Shown: positions 17,972-28,866, numbered from the stretch's first letter. The stretch: DNA of 32,000 nucleotides from Psychrobacter sp. HD31 (GCF_051097895.1 NZ_CP142525.1:630001-662000); one strand, 5' to 3'. A program made the numbers and translations. The notes: generated by a model from the letters alone, not told the origin.

Positions 17972-18862
17972 CTATTTTTTATCTGCAAATAGTTTGTCTA
18001 AGGTTTGTTCAAACTCATGATAGTTTAAGAAATCATATAGCTCCATACGAGTTTGCATGCTATCAACCGTCGCTGCTTGGGTACCATCTTTTAATAAGTG
18101 TTGATAAACATTTAAAGCCGCTTTGTTCATTGCCCTAAATGCCGATAATGGATATAACACCATTTCTACACCAACGCTATAAAGTTGCTCAGTGGTGTAA
18201 AGGTCGGTTTGACCAAACTCTGTCATGTTTGCCAATACAGGGATATCCAGCACATCTGTAAACTTGTGATACATCTCAATATCTGTCAACGCTTCAGCAA
18301 AAATCATGTCAGCACCTGCTTCTTGAAACGCAACAGCACGTTCAACGGCAGCATCTAAGCCTTCTACTGATAGCGCATCGGTACGTGCCATAACAACAAA
18401 ATTAGAATCTACTTTTGCATCGAGGGCTGCCTTTAGGCGGTCAACCATTTCTACAGTGCTGACAATTTCTTTATTTGGGCGATGTCCACAACGTTTTTGC
18501 GCTACCTGATCTTCAATATGCACGGCAGCAACACCGGCTTTTTCCATTTTTTTAATGGTTTGAGCAATGTTAAATGCACCACCCCAACCAGTGTCTATAT
18601 CAACGAGTAGGGGAGTGTCTACCGCATTGGTGATACGGCTGGCATCTTCTAATACATTATCAAGGCTGGTCATGCCAAGGTCAGGCAAACCATAAGACGC
18701 ATTTGCAACACCAGCACCAGAAAGATACAATGCTTTGTGACCAACTTGTGTTGCCATCATGGCAGTGTAGGCATTAATAGTTCCAACGATTTGAAGCGGC
18801 TGATTATTTGATTTTTGTTGTTCAATTGCTTGACGAAAGCGAAGACCTGCAGAATTTGACAT
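17972..18862 (-). CDS. prpB: Methylisocitrate lyase
   Basis: 296 aa of the isocitrate-lyase/PEP-mutase family with the catalytic KRCGH motif ([15 protein letters not shown]) and DIDTGWG. AAGGAG precedes the ATG. Confidence 0.9.
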   Translation of the reverse strand: MSNSAGLRFRQAIEQQKSNNQPLQIVGTINAYTAMMATQVGHKALYLSGAGVANASYGLPDLGMTSLDNVLEDASRITNAVDTPLLVDIDTGWGGAFNIAQTIKKMEKAGVAAVHIEDQVAQKRCGHRPNKEIVSTVEMVDRLKAALDAKVDSNFVVMARTDALSVEGLDAAVERAVAFQEAGADMIFAEALTDIEMYHKFTDVLDIPVLANMTEFGQTDLYTTEQLYSVGVEMVLYPLSAFRAMNKAALNVYQHLLKDGTQAATVDSMQTRMELYDFLNYHEFEQTLDKLFADKK

Positions 18863-18989
18863 TTTATCTCCTTATTATGTCTTACCATTAATGCAATAAA
18901 ATGATTAATGACTTTATATGTCCTGTTTTGATTATAGTCATAATCTATAAAAATTTCATTACTATACTAGTCAAAAGGCATACGCTATA

Positions 18990-19030
18990 GTTAATCTAAG
19001 GTTAATAATTAGTAAAATATAGATTAACCT
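18990..19030. promoter_or_regulatory. LTTR-type T-N11-A dyad(s) in the prpB promoter region
   Basis: TTAATCTAAGGTTAA (18991-19005) fits T-N11-A with TTAA ends. GTTAATCTA (18990-18998) is the inverse of TAGATTAAC (19020-19028). The site lies 130-170 nt upstream of prpB and directly downstream of the LysR-family gene. Short AT-rich dyads like this are close to chance expectation. Confidence 0.2.
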
Positions 19031-19146
19031 ATTTGAAAATAAAATTTAAAAATTCATAATTCTAATAAATTCTTTGAGATACTATTTAGTTTTGATAAAA
19101 ATAAAATATAACGATTATTATTTAAATTTACACAAAAACAACAAAA

Positions 19147-20094
19147 CTAATTTAGAGAACGCCCTGAATAATTGATTTTCCTAATATCATATATCTTATA
19201 AATAACACTCAAAAACTGCTCAACAGCAGGATGGTAAAGGTCTGCTAAGGTGTGCAGATAAATGGGAGTCGTTGCATTTTTTTGTTGTATCGGTTTGTAA
19301 ACAATTTTGTCTGTTCTTTCTGTTTTAAGGCTTTCTGGTACCAGCGTAACCCCTTCAAAGGCTGCAACGAGACCTAATGCTATTTGCAAATCACGCACTT
19401 GTGCTGTTTTATGGGGTTTGAGTCCCACCTCATTAAATATATGAAGTAGGGGCTCTGTTACACCATTTTTAGTTGTTTTAGGCAAATAAGTCTGATGGTA
19501 TAAAATTAATGTTTCTGAAATTAAATCATTGAGTTGGATAACTTCTTTATTTGCCAATCTGTGTTTAATGGGTAATGCCGCAACATAAGGCTCATTACGT
19601 AACAATACTTGTTGCGTCTGTTTATTATTGAATGCAAAACGTCCCAAACCAACATCAATATCGCCTGACTTTAAAGCATCAATTTGTTGATAAGAGCTAA
19701 TGTCTTTTAGTTGCACTTCTAAATCAGGATACTGTTGTTTTAATAGCTCAATCACATCAGGTAATAAACCATATAAAACAGATGGCACAAAACCAATCGT
19801 TAGAGTTGGGGAGGGCTTCCCCATTTTTTTGGTTAACGCGGTTAAAGTATCAAGCTCGTTAAGTAACGTTTTTAGGTTTTTATAAAAAAAATCGCCAACA
19901 TTGGTTAACTGCAAAGGACGATGGTATCTATCAATCAGCTCAACTTGCAGCTCATCCTCTAACTGTTTTATTAAACGGCTTAAAGTAGGCTGAGAGATAC
20001 CTGTTTGTTCGGCTGCTTCACTAAAGCTGCCATGATTAGCCACCGCAATAAAAGATTGATACTGTTTTAAAGTCATTTTGTCCCTTTTCGTCAT
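19147..20094 (-). CDS. LysR-family transcriptional regulator (probable regulator of the prp genes)
   Basis: It has the N-terminal LTTR HTH (MTLKQYQSFIAVANHGSFSEAAEQTGISQPTLSRLIKQLEDEL) and a C-terminal substrate-binding-like domain. An alternative and perhaps better start is the ATG at 20076 (MTLKQ...), preceded by AGGGA. Confidence 0.85.
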   Translation of the reverse strand: MTKRDKMTLKQYQSFIAVANHGSFSEAAEQTGISQPTLSRLIKQLEDELQVELIDRYHRPLQLTNVGDFFYKNLKTLLNELDTLTALTKKMGKPSPTLTIGFVPSVLYGLLPDVIELLKQQYPDLEVQLKDISSYQQIDALKSGDIDVGLGRFAFNNKQTQQVLLRNEPYVAALPIKHRLANKEVIQLNDLISETLILYHQTYLPKTTKNGVTEPLLHIFNEVGLKPHKTAQVRDLQIALGLVAAFEGVTLVPESLKTERTDKIVYKPIQQKNATTPIYLHTLADLYHPAVEQFLSVIYKIYDIRKINYSGRSLN

Positions 20095-20165
20095 TCTTTG
20101 TAGTTAGTATGTATTTTTTAGTTAGTATATCTTAAAGTAAGAAAAAAGTCGTATTTACAATCAGC

Positions 20166-20196
20166 AAAAAAAAGACCGCTATTGCAGTCTTTTTTA
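20166..20196 (-). terminator. Candidate terminator after the NRAMP-type gene
   Basis: A-run+GAC (20166-20176) pairs with GTC+T-run (20187-20195), giving an A/T-rich stem with a GAC/GTC core and trailing Ts. It lies about 30 nt past the stop. Confidence 0.35.
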
Positions 20197-20222
20197 TACA
20201 TAACTATCAACAACATTGAGTG

Positions 20223-21467
20223 TTAGCTAAGCATATTTGCTTTAAATAGAATAAACACAACACTAAACACACTTAAAAATGCTAAACCCAACCATGAAAG
20301 CAGCATCAAACCAGCAGAAACCTTACCCGTTTTACGTACCAATGAAAAGTTTAACCAGCCAAAAATAGGCGCAGATAAAAATGCAGCAATCATTGCAAAA
20401 TCTAACATGTCCTTTAATTGAGCAGAAAACTTAAAGATAATGGTTAAAGCAATTAGTACAACTAACGTAATCCAACCAGAAATATAACCTCTAGTCAACG
20501 TTGGTTTGTTTGCAAATAAGCGGTGTGACTCAGCCGCAACACGACCATAGCCGTCAATAACCGCAATGGTAGAACCATAAATACAAGTAAACGCAATAAA
20601 AGCAACCAATGGTTTTGCCCAATCACCCATAGTAGCTGCATACACAGATACCAATTGAGGTACAAATTTAAAGCCTGTTGCACCAATTTCTTGACCGGTA
20701 CCGTGTAATACCAATACACCCAGTGTTAAAAACACAATTGCTAACAGCGCGGTGCCGATATAGCCAACATTAAAATCAAGCATTGCCGTTTGTTTAGATA
20801 CGGGTTCCTGATGTTGTTTTGCCGAAATCCACATAGAGTTAATGGCAGATACATCAATTGGTGCTGGCATCCAACCCATTAAAATAATAATAAAAGGTAG
20901 GGCAGTTAATTGCCATGCTGAAGGTGCAACAAAATCTGGCTGAACTTGTGAGCCATTACCTGCGGCGATAGCAACCGCTACAACCGTACAAACTGTTAAA
21001 GAGATAACAATTACCTTTGTTATTCTGTCTAACGTTTTGTAATGACCAACAATCACAACTAACCAACTAACTGCTAACAATATACCTGTTAATACAGGCA
21101 ACGATAGACTAATAGAGGGTACTAATGTTTTCAAAATAACAGAGCTTAACATACCAAGTGCGCTAATATTAACACCGGCACTAAATACTATTAAAATAAA
21201 AAAGATGGTTAAATAAAACTTACTTTTTTTAGCATATCCTTCAACCAAACTATGACCCGTATCATGTGTATAATCAACACTGTATTTGAAAAAAGGATAT
21301 TTAAATAAGTTAACCAGCAAGATAATAACAACCAATTGCCAACCATAAATTGCACCAGCTTTAGTAGATGCAATTAAATGCGAGCCACCAATAGCTGTTG
21401 ATGCCATGAGCAAACCAGGACCAAAAGACTTTAAACTAAATCCTGACGTTTTTTGTACTTGAGACAT
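20223..21467 (-). CDS. NRAMP-superfamily membrane transporter (annotated-type 'divalent metal cation transporter'; substrate not inferable)
   Basis: 414 aa with about 11 hydrophobic segments. The N-terminal FGPGLLMASTAIGGSHLIASTKAGAIYG resembles the NRAMP-related subgroup that lacks the canonical DPGN motif. AAGGA SD. Confidence 0.6.
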   Translation of the reverse strand: MSQVQKTSGFSLKSFGPGLLMASTAIGGSHLIASTKAGAIYGWQLVVIILLVNLFKYPFFKYSVDYTHDTGHSLVEGYAKKSKFYLTIFFILIVFSAGVNISALGMLSSVILKTLVPSISLSLPVLTGILLAVSWLVVIVGHYKTLDRITKVIVISLTVCTVVAVAIAAGNGSQVQPDFVAPSAWQLTALPFIIILMGWMPAPIDVSAINSMWISAKQHQEPVSKQTAMLDFNVGYIGTALLAIVFLTLGVLVLHGTGQEIGATGFKFVPQLVSVYAATMGDWAKPLVAFIAFTCIYGSTIAVIDGYGRVAAESHRLFANKPTLTRGYISGWITLVVLIALTIIFKFSAQLKDMLDFAMIAAFLSAPIFGWLNFSLVRKTGKVSAGLMLLSWLGLAFLSVFSVVFILFKANMLS

Positions 21468-21643
21468 AACAAGTATTCCTTAAAATAACCACAAAAATAA
21501 TGAATTGTATAAAAATAATTTATATAAAACCTATAAAATAGAAAATTTAGAAAAAGTATTATAATGATTTAGCATAACTTAGCAATTGTATTTACGATAC
21601 TCTTAAGTAGCTATATTCAATCGCTTACTAAAGAACCAATTAA

Positions 21644-22335
21644 TTTGGTCGATGGTTGCTGATATTAAGAGATATTAGCGATAATGTCATTGTCCATGAG
21701 CTTACAAAACCTATTATAAAACTGGAATATACTTGCCAAAGTAGCCAGCGTAGGCTGAAAGTTTCACAAGGGCTGGAGGGGATAATTTAGCAACTCTTCC
21801 GATATATTATTTTTTAAATTTCCTTTGTATATAGTTTTCGTTTTATAATCTGCTGGACTATAAGCCCAGCCTACGCTCGCTATACGGTGGCTCAAAAAAT
21901 TATGCCATGAATGTACACAATGGTAATATTTATAAAGTTTATGAGTTGTCATTTGATTCTAAAGGGCTTCCTCTTCAGGAAAAACATGTCAATTAAAAAG
22001 CACTTTTGCCTAATGTTGGGGCTGCTGGCGGTATAGGTAGGATTACATATGCACAACACGCCTCTCCTAATAGAGCAGAATTGACGGATAGTGCTCTGAG
22101 GGGCAATAGTACAAACTACTCAGGAAATATTAAAATAGTACAAGGTACGGTTAGTATTGCTGACACCGATAAATATGGCAGAGTCGTATCCTCTGCCGTT
22201 GGAATTGAGATTAGCGGGTCTACTTTAGCAAAAGTTGGCGGCATTGCTACAGGTGGCTCTAAGGGCAAGCTTGCATCAACTAAAAACTGGGGTTTTGAAT
22301 ATAATCAAGCCAGTGGTTGGTTTGTAGCTAAATAG
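21644..22335 (+). pseudogene. Degraded YD/RHS-repeat-like toxin remnant ending in a 109-aa C-terminal ORF
   Basis: My own translation finds three pieces. Frame 2 (21644-21787) reads ...IIKLEYTCQSSQRRLKVSQG.... Frame 1 (21835-21993) reads ...NGNIYKVYELSFDSKGLPLQEKHVN, which loosely fits the YxYDxxGxL pattern. After an in-frame TAA (21994-21996) the same frame continues KALLPNVGAAGGIGRITYAQH... to the stop at 22333-22335. The ORF-track start at 22006 is a TTG. Confidence 0.3.
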
Positions 22336-22360
22336 GCACATTTAAATAGGTCTTAATAAA

Positions 22361-22894
22361 TTGAAAAAGTTTTTTGAATATCTAATAATATTTATAAATA
22401 TCGCTGGTGCAGCTTATATTTTTTACTCATTAACAATCCCTGAGCCAGATGAGCTGAAACAAGCAAGAGCTGGCGTAAAGGCAAACCTTGATTGGTTTGA
22501 GTCTCAAGGTTTGCTAATAAAAAATTTTTTAGCAGAGCCTGACAGCGTTTACACACCAGGCTATCCAAATTCATATAATTTTTATAGTGGCGAGTATTAT
22601 GATTATAATTTTAATAAAGAGAAGCTAAATAAATTAGTTAAATTGTTTAAAGAGGATGCTTGGGAAGAATTAAATATAAAAGAAGAGCCTATTGAAGGAA
22701 CCTATGGTATGGCTTCCCTACCCATAACTGAGAATTCAATTGTATTATGCAAAAATAATACAGGTATTGTGTTTTATTTGTTTGATGTTAAGGATAAAGT
22801 TGTTTTTATGGATGGCGTTAGCCCTAACACATTTATTGAAATTGCATATGATCGGTTTTTTCCATGTTATGGAAGAAGTGAGCAAGCCAAATAG
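22361..22894 (+). CDS. Membrane-anchored hypothetical protein (candidate cognate immunity protein)
   Basis: A 177-codon ORF is long for such AT-rich DNA. It has an N-terminal TM helix (YLIIFINIAGAAYIFYSL). It starts 25 nt after the upstream C-terminal ORF, but only a TTG start is available. Two hairpins follow the stop (22896-22940). Confidence 0.45.
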   Translation: MKKFFEYLIIFINIAGAAYIFYSLTIPEPDELKQARAGVKANLDWFESQGLLIKNFLAEPDSVYTPGYPNSYNFYSGEYYDYNFNKEKLNKLVKLFKEDAWEELNIKEEPIEGTYGMASLPITENSIVLCKNNTGIVFYLFDVKDKVVFMDGVSPNTFIEIAYDRFFPCYGRSEQAK

Positions 22895-22945
22895 CTTGCT
22901 TTTCAAGCTAGCAAAGCTGGGGCTTTTGCCCAGCACATTGTTATG

Positions 22946-23360
22946 TTAAAAAAAACGATACAATGAATGAAGCTGTTAAACATAAAATCTAACCATACAT
23001 AACACCATGCGAAATACATAAAGTCTGTGTTTTGGTTTAATTGATTTTCAAGTTCAGCAACTCTGGCTTTTAGTCTTTTGTTATCATTTACAAAAGCTTG
23101 TCTTGTTTTTTTGTTAACATAGAGTTGCTTTTCTTTACTATTAAAGCCAAGCGGTTGTATTTGTTAAAAATATATTTTTTAATCAATTTTTTTCTGTCAG
23201 GTGTACTCAGTGTACTTAATCCGCCATTGATATAAGCTTTATTTAACAATCGTTTATGCGAGCTACTGTTTGAAATAGGGGAGTGCTCATAACCTTCTAC
23301 AAGCATAATCTGTCATTCTTTTTCTATTACTTCATCTAGTTTTTTTCCTCTTACCATCAT
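22946..23360 (-). pseudogene. Decayed ORF: in-frame TGA plus a -1 frame change at an A7 tract
   Basis: The minus strand reads MMVRGKKLDEVIEKE, then TGA, then QIMLVEGYEHSP...SNSMLTKK. It continues in the -1 frame as TRQAFVNDNKRLKARVAELENQLNQNTDFMYFAWCYVWLDFMFNSFIHCIVFF*. The frames meet at ACA AAA AAA CAA (+ strand T7 at 23106-23112). Confidence 0.3.
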
Positions 23361-24050
23361 TTTTGACTCTGAATTAAAAACGACAGATAAAGAAGTAAAA
23401 CTGATTTTAAAAACCGATTACTAAGCAGATTCAAAAAACTCAACTACAAGAAAGCATTGTATGGTAAAAGAAGGTAAATTCTTGCATTATTGTTACCATA
23501 GCTGAGGTGAGTTTTGAGTAATAATTGACTTAGCACTTCAAATCGTATTTTTAAGGATTAATACATTTTTTGAACTTCCTAAAAATACATTAGTTATGTG
23601 GATTTTTAAATGGTATGGATTTCTGTTTTCCATCTAATACAAACATATTATTTAGTTGCTTTAAATCTTAGCTAGTCTAGTTTAAAGAAGTATTTTTTTA
23701 AATCATAATATTTGTGTTAATACATAAAGTAATATCATGCTTAAGAATATCATTTTTAAAACAATATCTAAGAAATTTTCAGTTCTAGTTCCAAATTCAC
23801 CAACAGCTTTTGGTAAGAAAAATTATATGAACATCCATGAGTAGTGGGTAAGATAAGCATAAAAGTGCATACACATATTATTTAACATAATATATATTAT
23901 ACGAAAACTAACCAACGGGTTTGGGCACGCAAAAAGTATATATACATTAAACAAACAATATCAACTTGCTAACATATAGCCACAAATCAATAATTAACTT
24001 ATACTGATAACAATCGTTATATTTGTAGATAACATACACAGGAGCTCGTC

Positions 24051-24815
24051 ATGAAATTTTCAACCACAATATTTGCATTAACAGCAACAGCTTGTTTAAT
24101 AAACATCGCAAATGCCCAAACCTTACAACAAGAAAAAAATGGCAAGTTGCAAGTTGGCGTTAATGCGCATTATAGCGATACTGGCTATAAAGATTATGAC
24201 AACAATATAACTGTGGTACCAACCTTTTTTTACGACAATAACACCATTTATGCACGTGGCAACCAACTTGGCTACAACTTTATTAAAAATAGTAATAATG
24301 AGTTGTCTGTTTTTGCACAATATGGTGGCGGCAGCTATGACCCAGATAATGCCGAAGGAAATTTTAAAAAGCTAGAAAAACGTGATGCCAGCGTTTTTGC
24401 TGGTGCCAGTTACATGAGCATTACCCCTTATGGTGCGTTTCGTGGTCAAGCTATGAGCGATGTTATGGATAAAAGTGGCGGCACAATTGGCAAATTAGAA
24501 TATTTAGCCAAATTAAATAAAGGCAACTTAACAATTTATCCATCTTTAGGCGTTCAATGGCAAAATGATGACTTTAACGACTATTATTATGGCGTAAGTA
24601 AAAAAGAAGCCGCCAAAACAGGCATTAATCAATACTCAGCTGATAGCAGCTTTCATCCCTATACTGGCTTGCGTGTAAACTATGACATCAATCAAGATTG
24701 GGGCTTGTTTTTTAACCAAAAAGTGGCATACAACCCAGATGAGGTTTATGACAGCCCAATGGTAGATAGCCGTGTAAGCGCATCAACCACCATAGGTATG
24801 TTGTATGCGTTTTAA
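24051..24815 (+). CDS. MipA/OmpV-family outer-membrane protein
   Basis: It has a signal peptide (MKFSTTIFALTATACLINIANA/Q), beta-barrel-like alternation and a C-terminal aromatic residue (...IGMLYAF). The 254-aa length and the GYKDYDNNITVVPTFFYD... segment are typical of the MipA family. AGGAG SD. Confidence 0.75.
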   Translation: MKFSTTIFALTATACLINIANAQTLQQEKNGKLQVGVNAHYSDTGYKDYDNNITVVPTFFYDNNTIYARGNQLGYNFIKNSNNELSVFAQYGGGSYDPDNAEGNFKKLEKRDASVFAGASYMSITPYGAFRGQAMSDVMDKSGGTIGKLEYLAKLNKGNLTIYPSLGVQWQNDDFNDYYYGVSKKEAAKTGINQYSADSSFHPYTGLRVNYDINQDWGLFFNQKVAYNPDEVYDSPMVDSRVSASTTIGMLYAF

Positions 24816-24852
24816 GCACCCTACTACATTAAAATAATTTAATTTAAAAAAT

Positions 24853-24885
24853 AAAACCTCAATCAAAACTGATTGAGGTTTTTTA
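24853..24885. terminator. Bidirectional terminator between mipA-like and grxD
   Basis: AACCTCAATC (24855-24864) pairs with GATTGAGGTT (24871-24880) around a 6-nt loop. An A run precedes it and a T run follows. Confidence 0.8.
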
Positions 24886-24908
24886 ATCGAATATAGCTAT
24901 TTTAAAGC

Positions 24909-25256
24909 TTAATCGACAGCTGGGCTGTGTTCTTCGATTAGTGGCTGTAACTCGCCTGATTCATACATTTCTAAAATAATATCAGAGCCACCCATCAACT
25001 CGCCATTAATCCACAATTGTGGGAAGGTTGGCCAATTGGCAATGCTTGGCAATGTTGCACGAATTTCTGGATTTTCTAAAATGTTAACAAAAGCAAAAGG
25101 ACGACCAACCTTGGTCAATACTTCCACGGCACGAGCAGAAAAACCGCATTGCGGAAACTGTGGTGTGCCTTTCATATAAAGCAGTACTTTATGCTCTTTA
25201 ATTTGGTCACGAATGGTTTGCTCAACATTTTGTGTTGTATTGTTTTGTTCGCTCAT
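24909..25256 (-). CDS. grxD: Monothiol glutaredoxin (Grx4 family)
   Basis: CGFS active site (PQFPQCGFSARAVEVL) and WPTFPQLWINGELMGGSDI. I use the ATG at 25256 (MSEQ..., 115 aa, GGAG 6 nt upstream) because the ORF-track start at 25268 is a TTG. Confidence 0.9.
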   Translation of the reverse strand: MSEQNNTTQNVEQTIRDQIKEHKVLLYMKGTPQFPQCGFSARAVEVLTKVGRPFAFVNILENPEIRATLPSIANWPTFPQLWINGELMGGSDIILEMYESGELQPLIEEHSPAVD

Positions 25257-25381
25257 TTTTTTCTCCAACGATTAAAATAAAAAATATCAAAGCTTGTGTA
25301 AATTTGCATGTAGATTAGATATAGGGATTAACTTTATGATTGCAAGCCAATCACTTAAATTATAAATACCAGTTAGGTTAA

Positions 25382-25870
25382 CTATGCTTTAGTTAGTAGC
25401 ACAACTGCAGAAACCATAATCCCCTCTTGCCTACCCGTGAATCCCAGTTTTTCTGTCGTTGTTGCTTTAACGCTGATATTTGCTATATCTGTTTGTAAGT
25501 CATTAGCAATGTTTTCTCGCATTGCTTGTCTAAGTGGTAAAATTTTAGGACGCTCACACATAATGGTAATATCTGCATTGCCTAGTATATAGCCATTACT
25601 TTTAATTAAGGCATAAACATCACGCAATAAATAGCGAGAATCTAAACCAGCATTCGCTTCATCTGTATCAGGAAAGTGCTGCCCAATGTCACCCATTGCC
25701 ATCGCACCCAGTAAAGCATCTGCCAAAGCGTGCAATACCACATCACCATCAGAATGTGCTTTTAAACTGTACTTATGGGGTACTTGCAAACCTGCCAAAG
25801 TAACAAATTGATTTTGTGTGCCATTATCATAAAAGGCATGAACATCAATACCCTGCCCTATTTTTATCAT
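25382..25870 (-). CDS. ispF: 2-C-methyl-D-erythritol 2,4-cyclodiphosphate synthase
   Basis: 162 aa. [13 protein letters not shown]...[18 protein letters not shown]...[11 protein letters not shown] is the canonical IspF metal and substrate motif set. Confidence 0.9.
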   Translation of the reverse strand: MIKIGQGIDVHAFYDNGTQNQFVTLAGLQVPHKYSLKAHSDGDVVLHALADALLGAMAMGDIGQHFPDTDEANAGLDSRYLLRDVYALIKSNGYILGNADITIMCERPKILPLRQAMRENIANDLQTDIANISVKATTTEKLGFTGRQEGIMVSAVVLLTKA

Positions 25871-26005
25871 ACATTATCCAAAAAGTTAAAATTATTTAAA
25901 CCTATAAAACAGTTGTTATTTTTTAGTTAAGCCTTATCATATCATAGTATTAAGCACTATCTTACTCAAACCCGATTTAATAATTTTATTAGCGATTTTA
26001 CTTTT

Positions 26006-27217
26006 ATGAGCAACCACAATACTCAGCCAAACACACAAATCATATCCGCATACCAGGCACTTAAGCTGTCAGACATCCCAAATCCGAGTAAAGTCAGGGT
26101 CATTGTTGGCATGTCTGGTGGTGTGGACTCCTCTGTTTCTGCTGTTTTGTTAAAACAAGCCGGATTCAAGGTTGAAGGCTTGTTTATGAAAAACTGGGAA
26201 GAAGATGATGGCACAGAATATTGCACCGCCATGGATGACCTTGCTGATGCACAAGCCGTTGCAGATAAAATCGGGATGAAATTACATACTGCAAATTTTG
26301 CTATGGAATATTGGGACAATGTTTTTGAGCACTTTTTAGCAGAATATAAAGCAGGTCGCACCCCTAACCCTGATATTTTATGCAATAAAGAAATTAAGTT
26401 TAAAGCATTTTTAGATTATGCACTCACATTAGGCGCAGACTATATTGCAACGGGGCACTATACAAGAAGAAGCACCAACTATAAAAACCAAAATAACACC
26501 ATGGTTGCTCATTTAATGCGTGGTTTAGATGGTAATAAAGACCAAAGCTACTTTTTGCATGCCGTTGGTGGCGACAAAATTGCTAAAACATTATTCCCTG
26601 TTGGTGAGCTAGAAAAACCTGCTGTACGCAAAATTGCGGAAGAATATGATTTAATAACGGCTAAAAAGAAAGACTCTACAGGCATATGTTTTATTGGAGA
26701 AAGACGATTTAAAGACTTTTTGCAACAATATTTACCCGCCCAAAAAGGGGATATTTACACCGATGATGGCATTAAAATAGGCACACATGATGGTTTGATG
26801 TATTACACCCTAGGGCAACGTGGTGGTATCGGTATTGGCGGTGTAAAAAATCGACCAGAAGAACCTTGGTTTGTACTTGCAAAAGATTTAAACAAAAATA
26901 GACTGATTGTTGGACAAGGTCACGAACATAAAATGTTGATGAGCAATGAGCTAACAGCTTACAAGCTTGACTGGGTAGAATGCACCGCCCCACCCCAACT
27001 GTTTAGCAAACAAGGCTTAAAGTGCATGGCAAAAACACGCTACCGCCAGCCAGACCAAGAGTGCACAGTATTTGCAACTAATGACGATGGCACACAAATT
27101 AAAGTTGTTTTTGATACCGCACAACGCGCGGTCACCCCAGGTCAATCTGTTGTATTTTATATTGATGAGGTTTGCTTAGGTGGTGGCGTTATTCAAACTA
27201 TCAACGCACCGCGCTAA
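26006..27217 (+). CDS. mnmA: tRNA 2-thiouridine(34) synthase
   Basis: PP-loop [15 protein letters not shown], plus [12 protein letters not shown] and DQSYFL motifs. 403 aa, with an N-terminal extension of about 30 aa relative to E. coli MnmA. Confidence 0.9.
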   Translation: MSNHNTQPNTQIISAYQALKLSDIPNPSKVRVIVGMSGGVDSSVSAVLLKQAGFKVEGLFMKNWEEDDGTEYCTAMDDLADAQAVADKIGMKLHTANFAMEYWDNVFEHFLAEYKAGRTPNPDILCNKEIKFKAFLDYALTLGADYIATGHYTRRSTNYKNQNNTMVAHLMRGLDGNKDQSYFLHAVGGDKIAKTLFPVGELEKPAVRKIAEEYDLITAKKKDSTGICFIGERRFKDFLQQYLPAQKGDIYTDDGIKIGTHDGLMYYTLGQRGGIGIGGVKNRPEEPWFVLAKDLNKNRLIVGQGHEHKMLMSNELTAYKLDWVECTAPPQLFSKQGLKCMAKTRYRQPDQECTVFATNDDGTQIKVVFDTAQRAVTPGQSVVFYIDEVCLGGGVIQTINAPR

Positions 27218-27256
27218 TGGCTTATTAATTACTAAGCTTATATAAGTTATAAACTG

Positions 27257-27288
27257 CTGGCATATTTTATTATATGCCAGTTTTTTTT
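27257..27288 (+). terminator. Rho-independent terminator after mnmA
   Basis: CTGGCATAT (27257-27265) pairs with ATATGCCAG (27272-27280) around a 6-nt loop, followed by T8 (27281-27288). Confidence 0.8.
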
Positions 27289-27397
27289 ATGGTTAAACGC
27301 TCACAAATTGCTCAAAACAAACCGCCTATTTCTGTTACAATATTGATGAAATTTGTTTCCCGTTGTTTATCCCAATTTAAATAAATTAAGGTACTAA

Positions 27398-28798
<1,401 letters not shown>

Positions 28799-28833
28799 AT
28801 CAATATAATTAGTATCATTTTAAAAAAATACAG

Positions 28834-28866
28834 CGCCATGTTGCATGCCAACATGGCGTTTTTATT
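28834..28866 (+). terminator. Rho-independent terminator after purB
   Basis: CGCCATGTTG (28834-28843) pairs with CAACATGGCG (28849-28858) around the loop CATGC, followed by a T run (TTTTTATT). Confidence 0.85.

Noticed and set aside
21560-21578. Fur-box-like sequence TATAATGATTTAGCATAAC upstream of the NRAMP-type gene
   Set aside because: Only 11 of 19 positions match the GATAATGATAATCATTATC consensus, and all matches fall in AT-rich positions. This is not distinguishable from background in this AT-rich promoter.
21743-21881. 15-nt inverted repeat with one mismatch: AGCCAGCGTAGGCTG (21743-21757) and CAGCCTACGCTCGCT (21867-21881), a possible MITE-like element
   Set aside because: My rough estimate is about 0.3 such local matches per 32 kb by chance. 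Both arms lie inside protein-like remnant frames, and there are no target-site duplications or terminal motifs.
21764-21952. 62-aa minus-strand ORF
   Set aside because: It lies antisense to the + strand YD/RHS-like remnant frames, has no SD and has odd composition (His/Tyr/Trp rich). It is probably spurious.
25257-25268. TTG start for grxD (MEKKMSEQ...)
   Set aside because: The ATG at 25256 is preceded by GGAG at a 6-nt spacing and yields 115 aa, the usual Grx4 length.
26006-26104. N-terminal extension of about 30 aa on MnmA, with no SD at the ATG
   Set aside because: No alternative in-frame ATG, GTG or TTG exists between 26006 and the PP-loop, so the annotated start stands. The extension is probably lineage-specific and not a fused domain.
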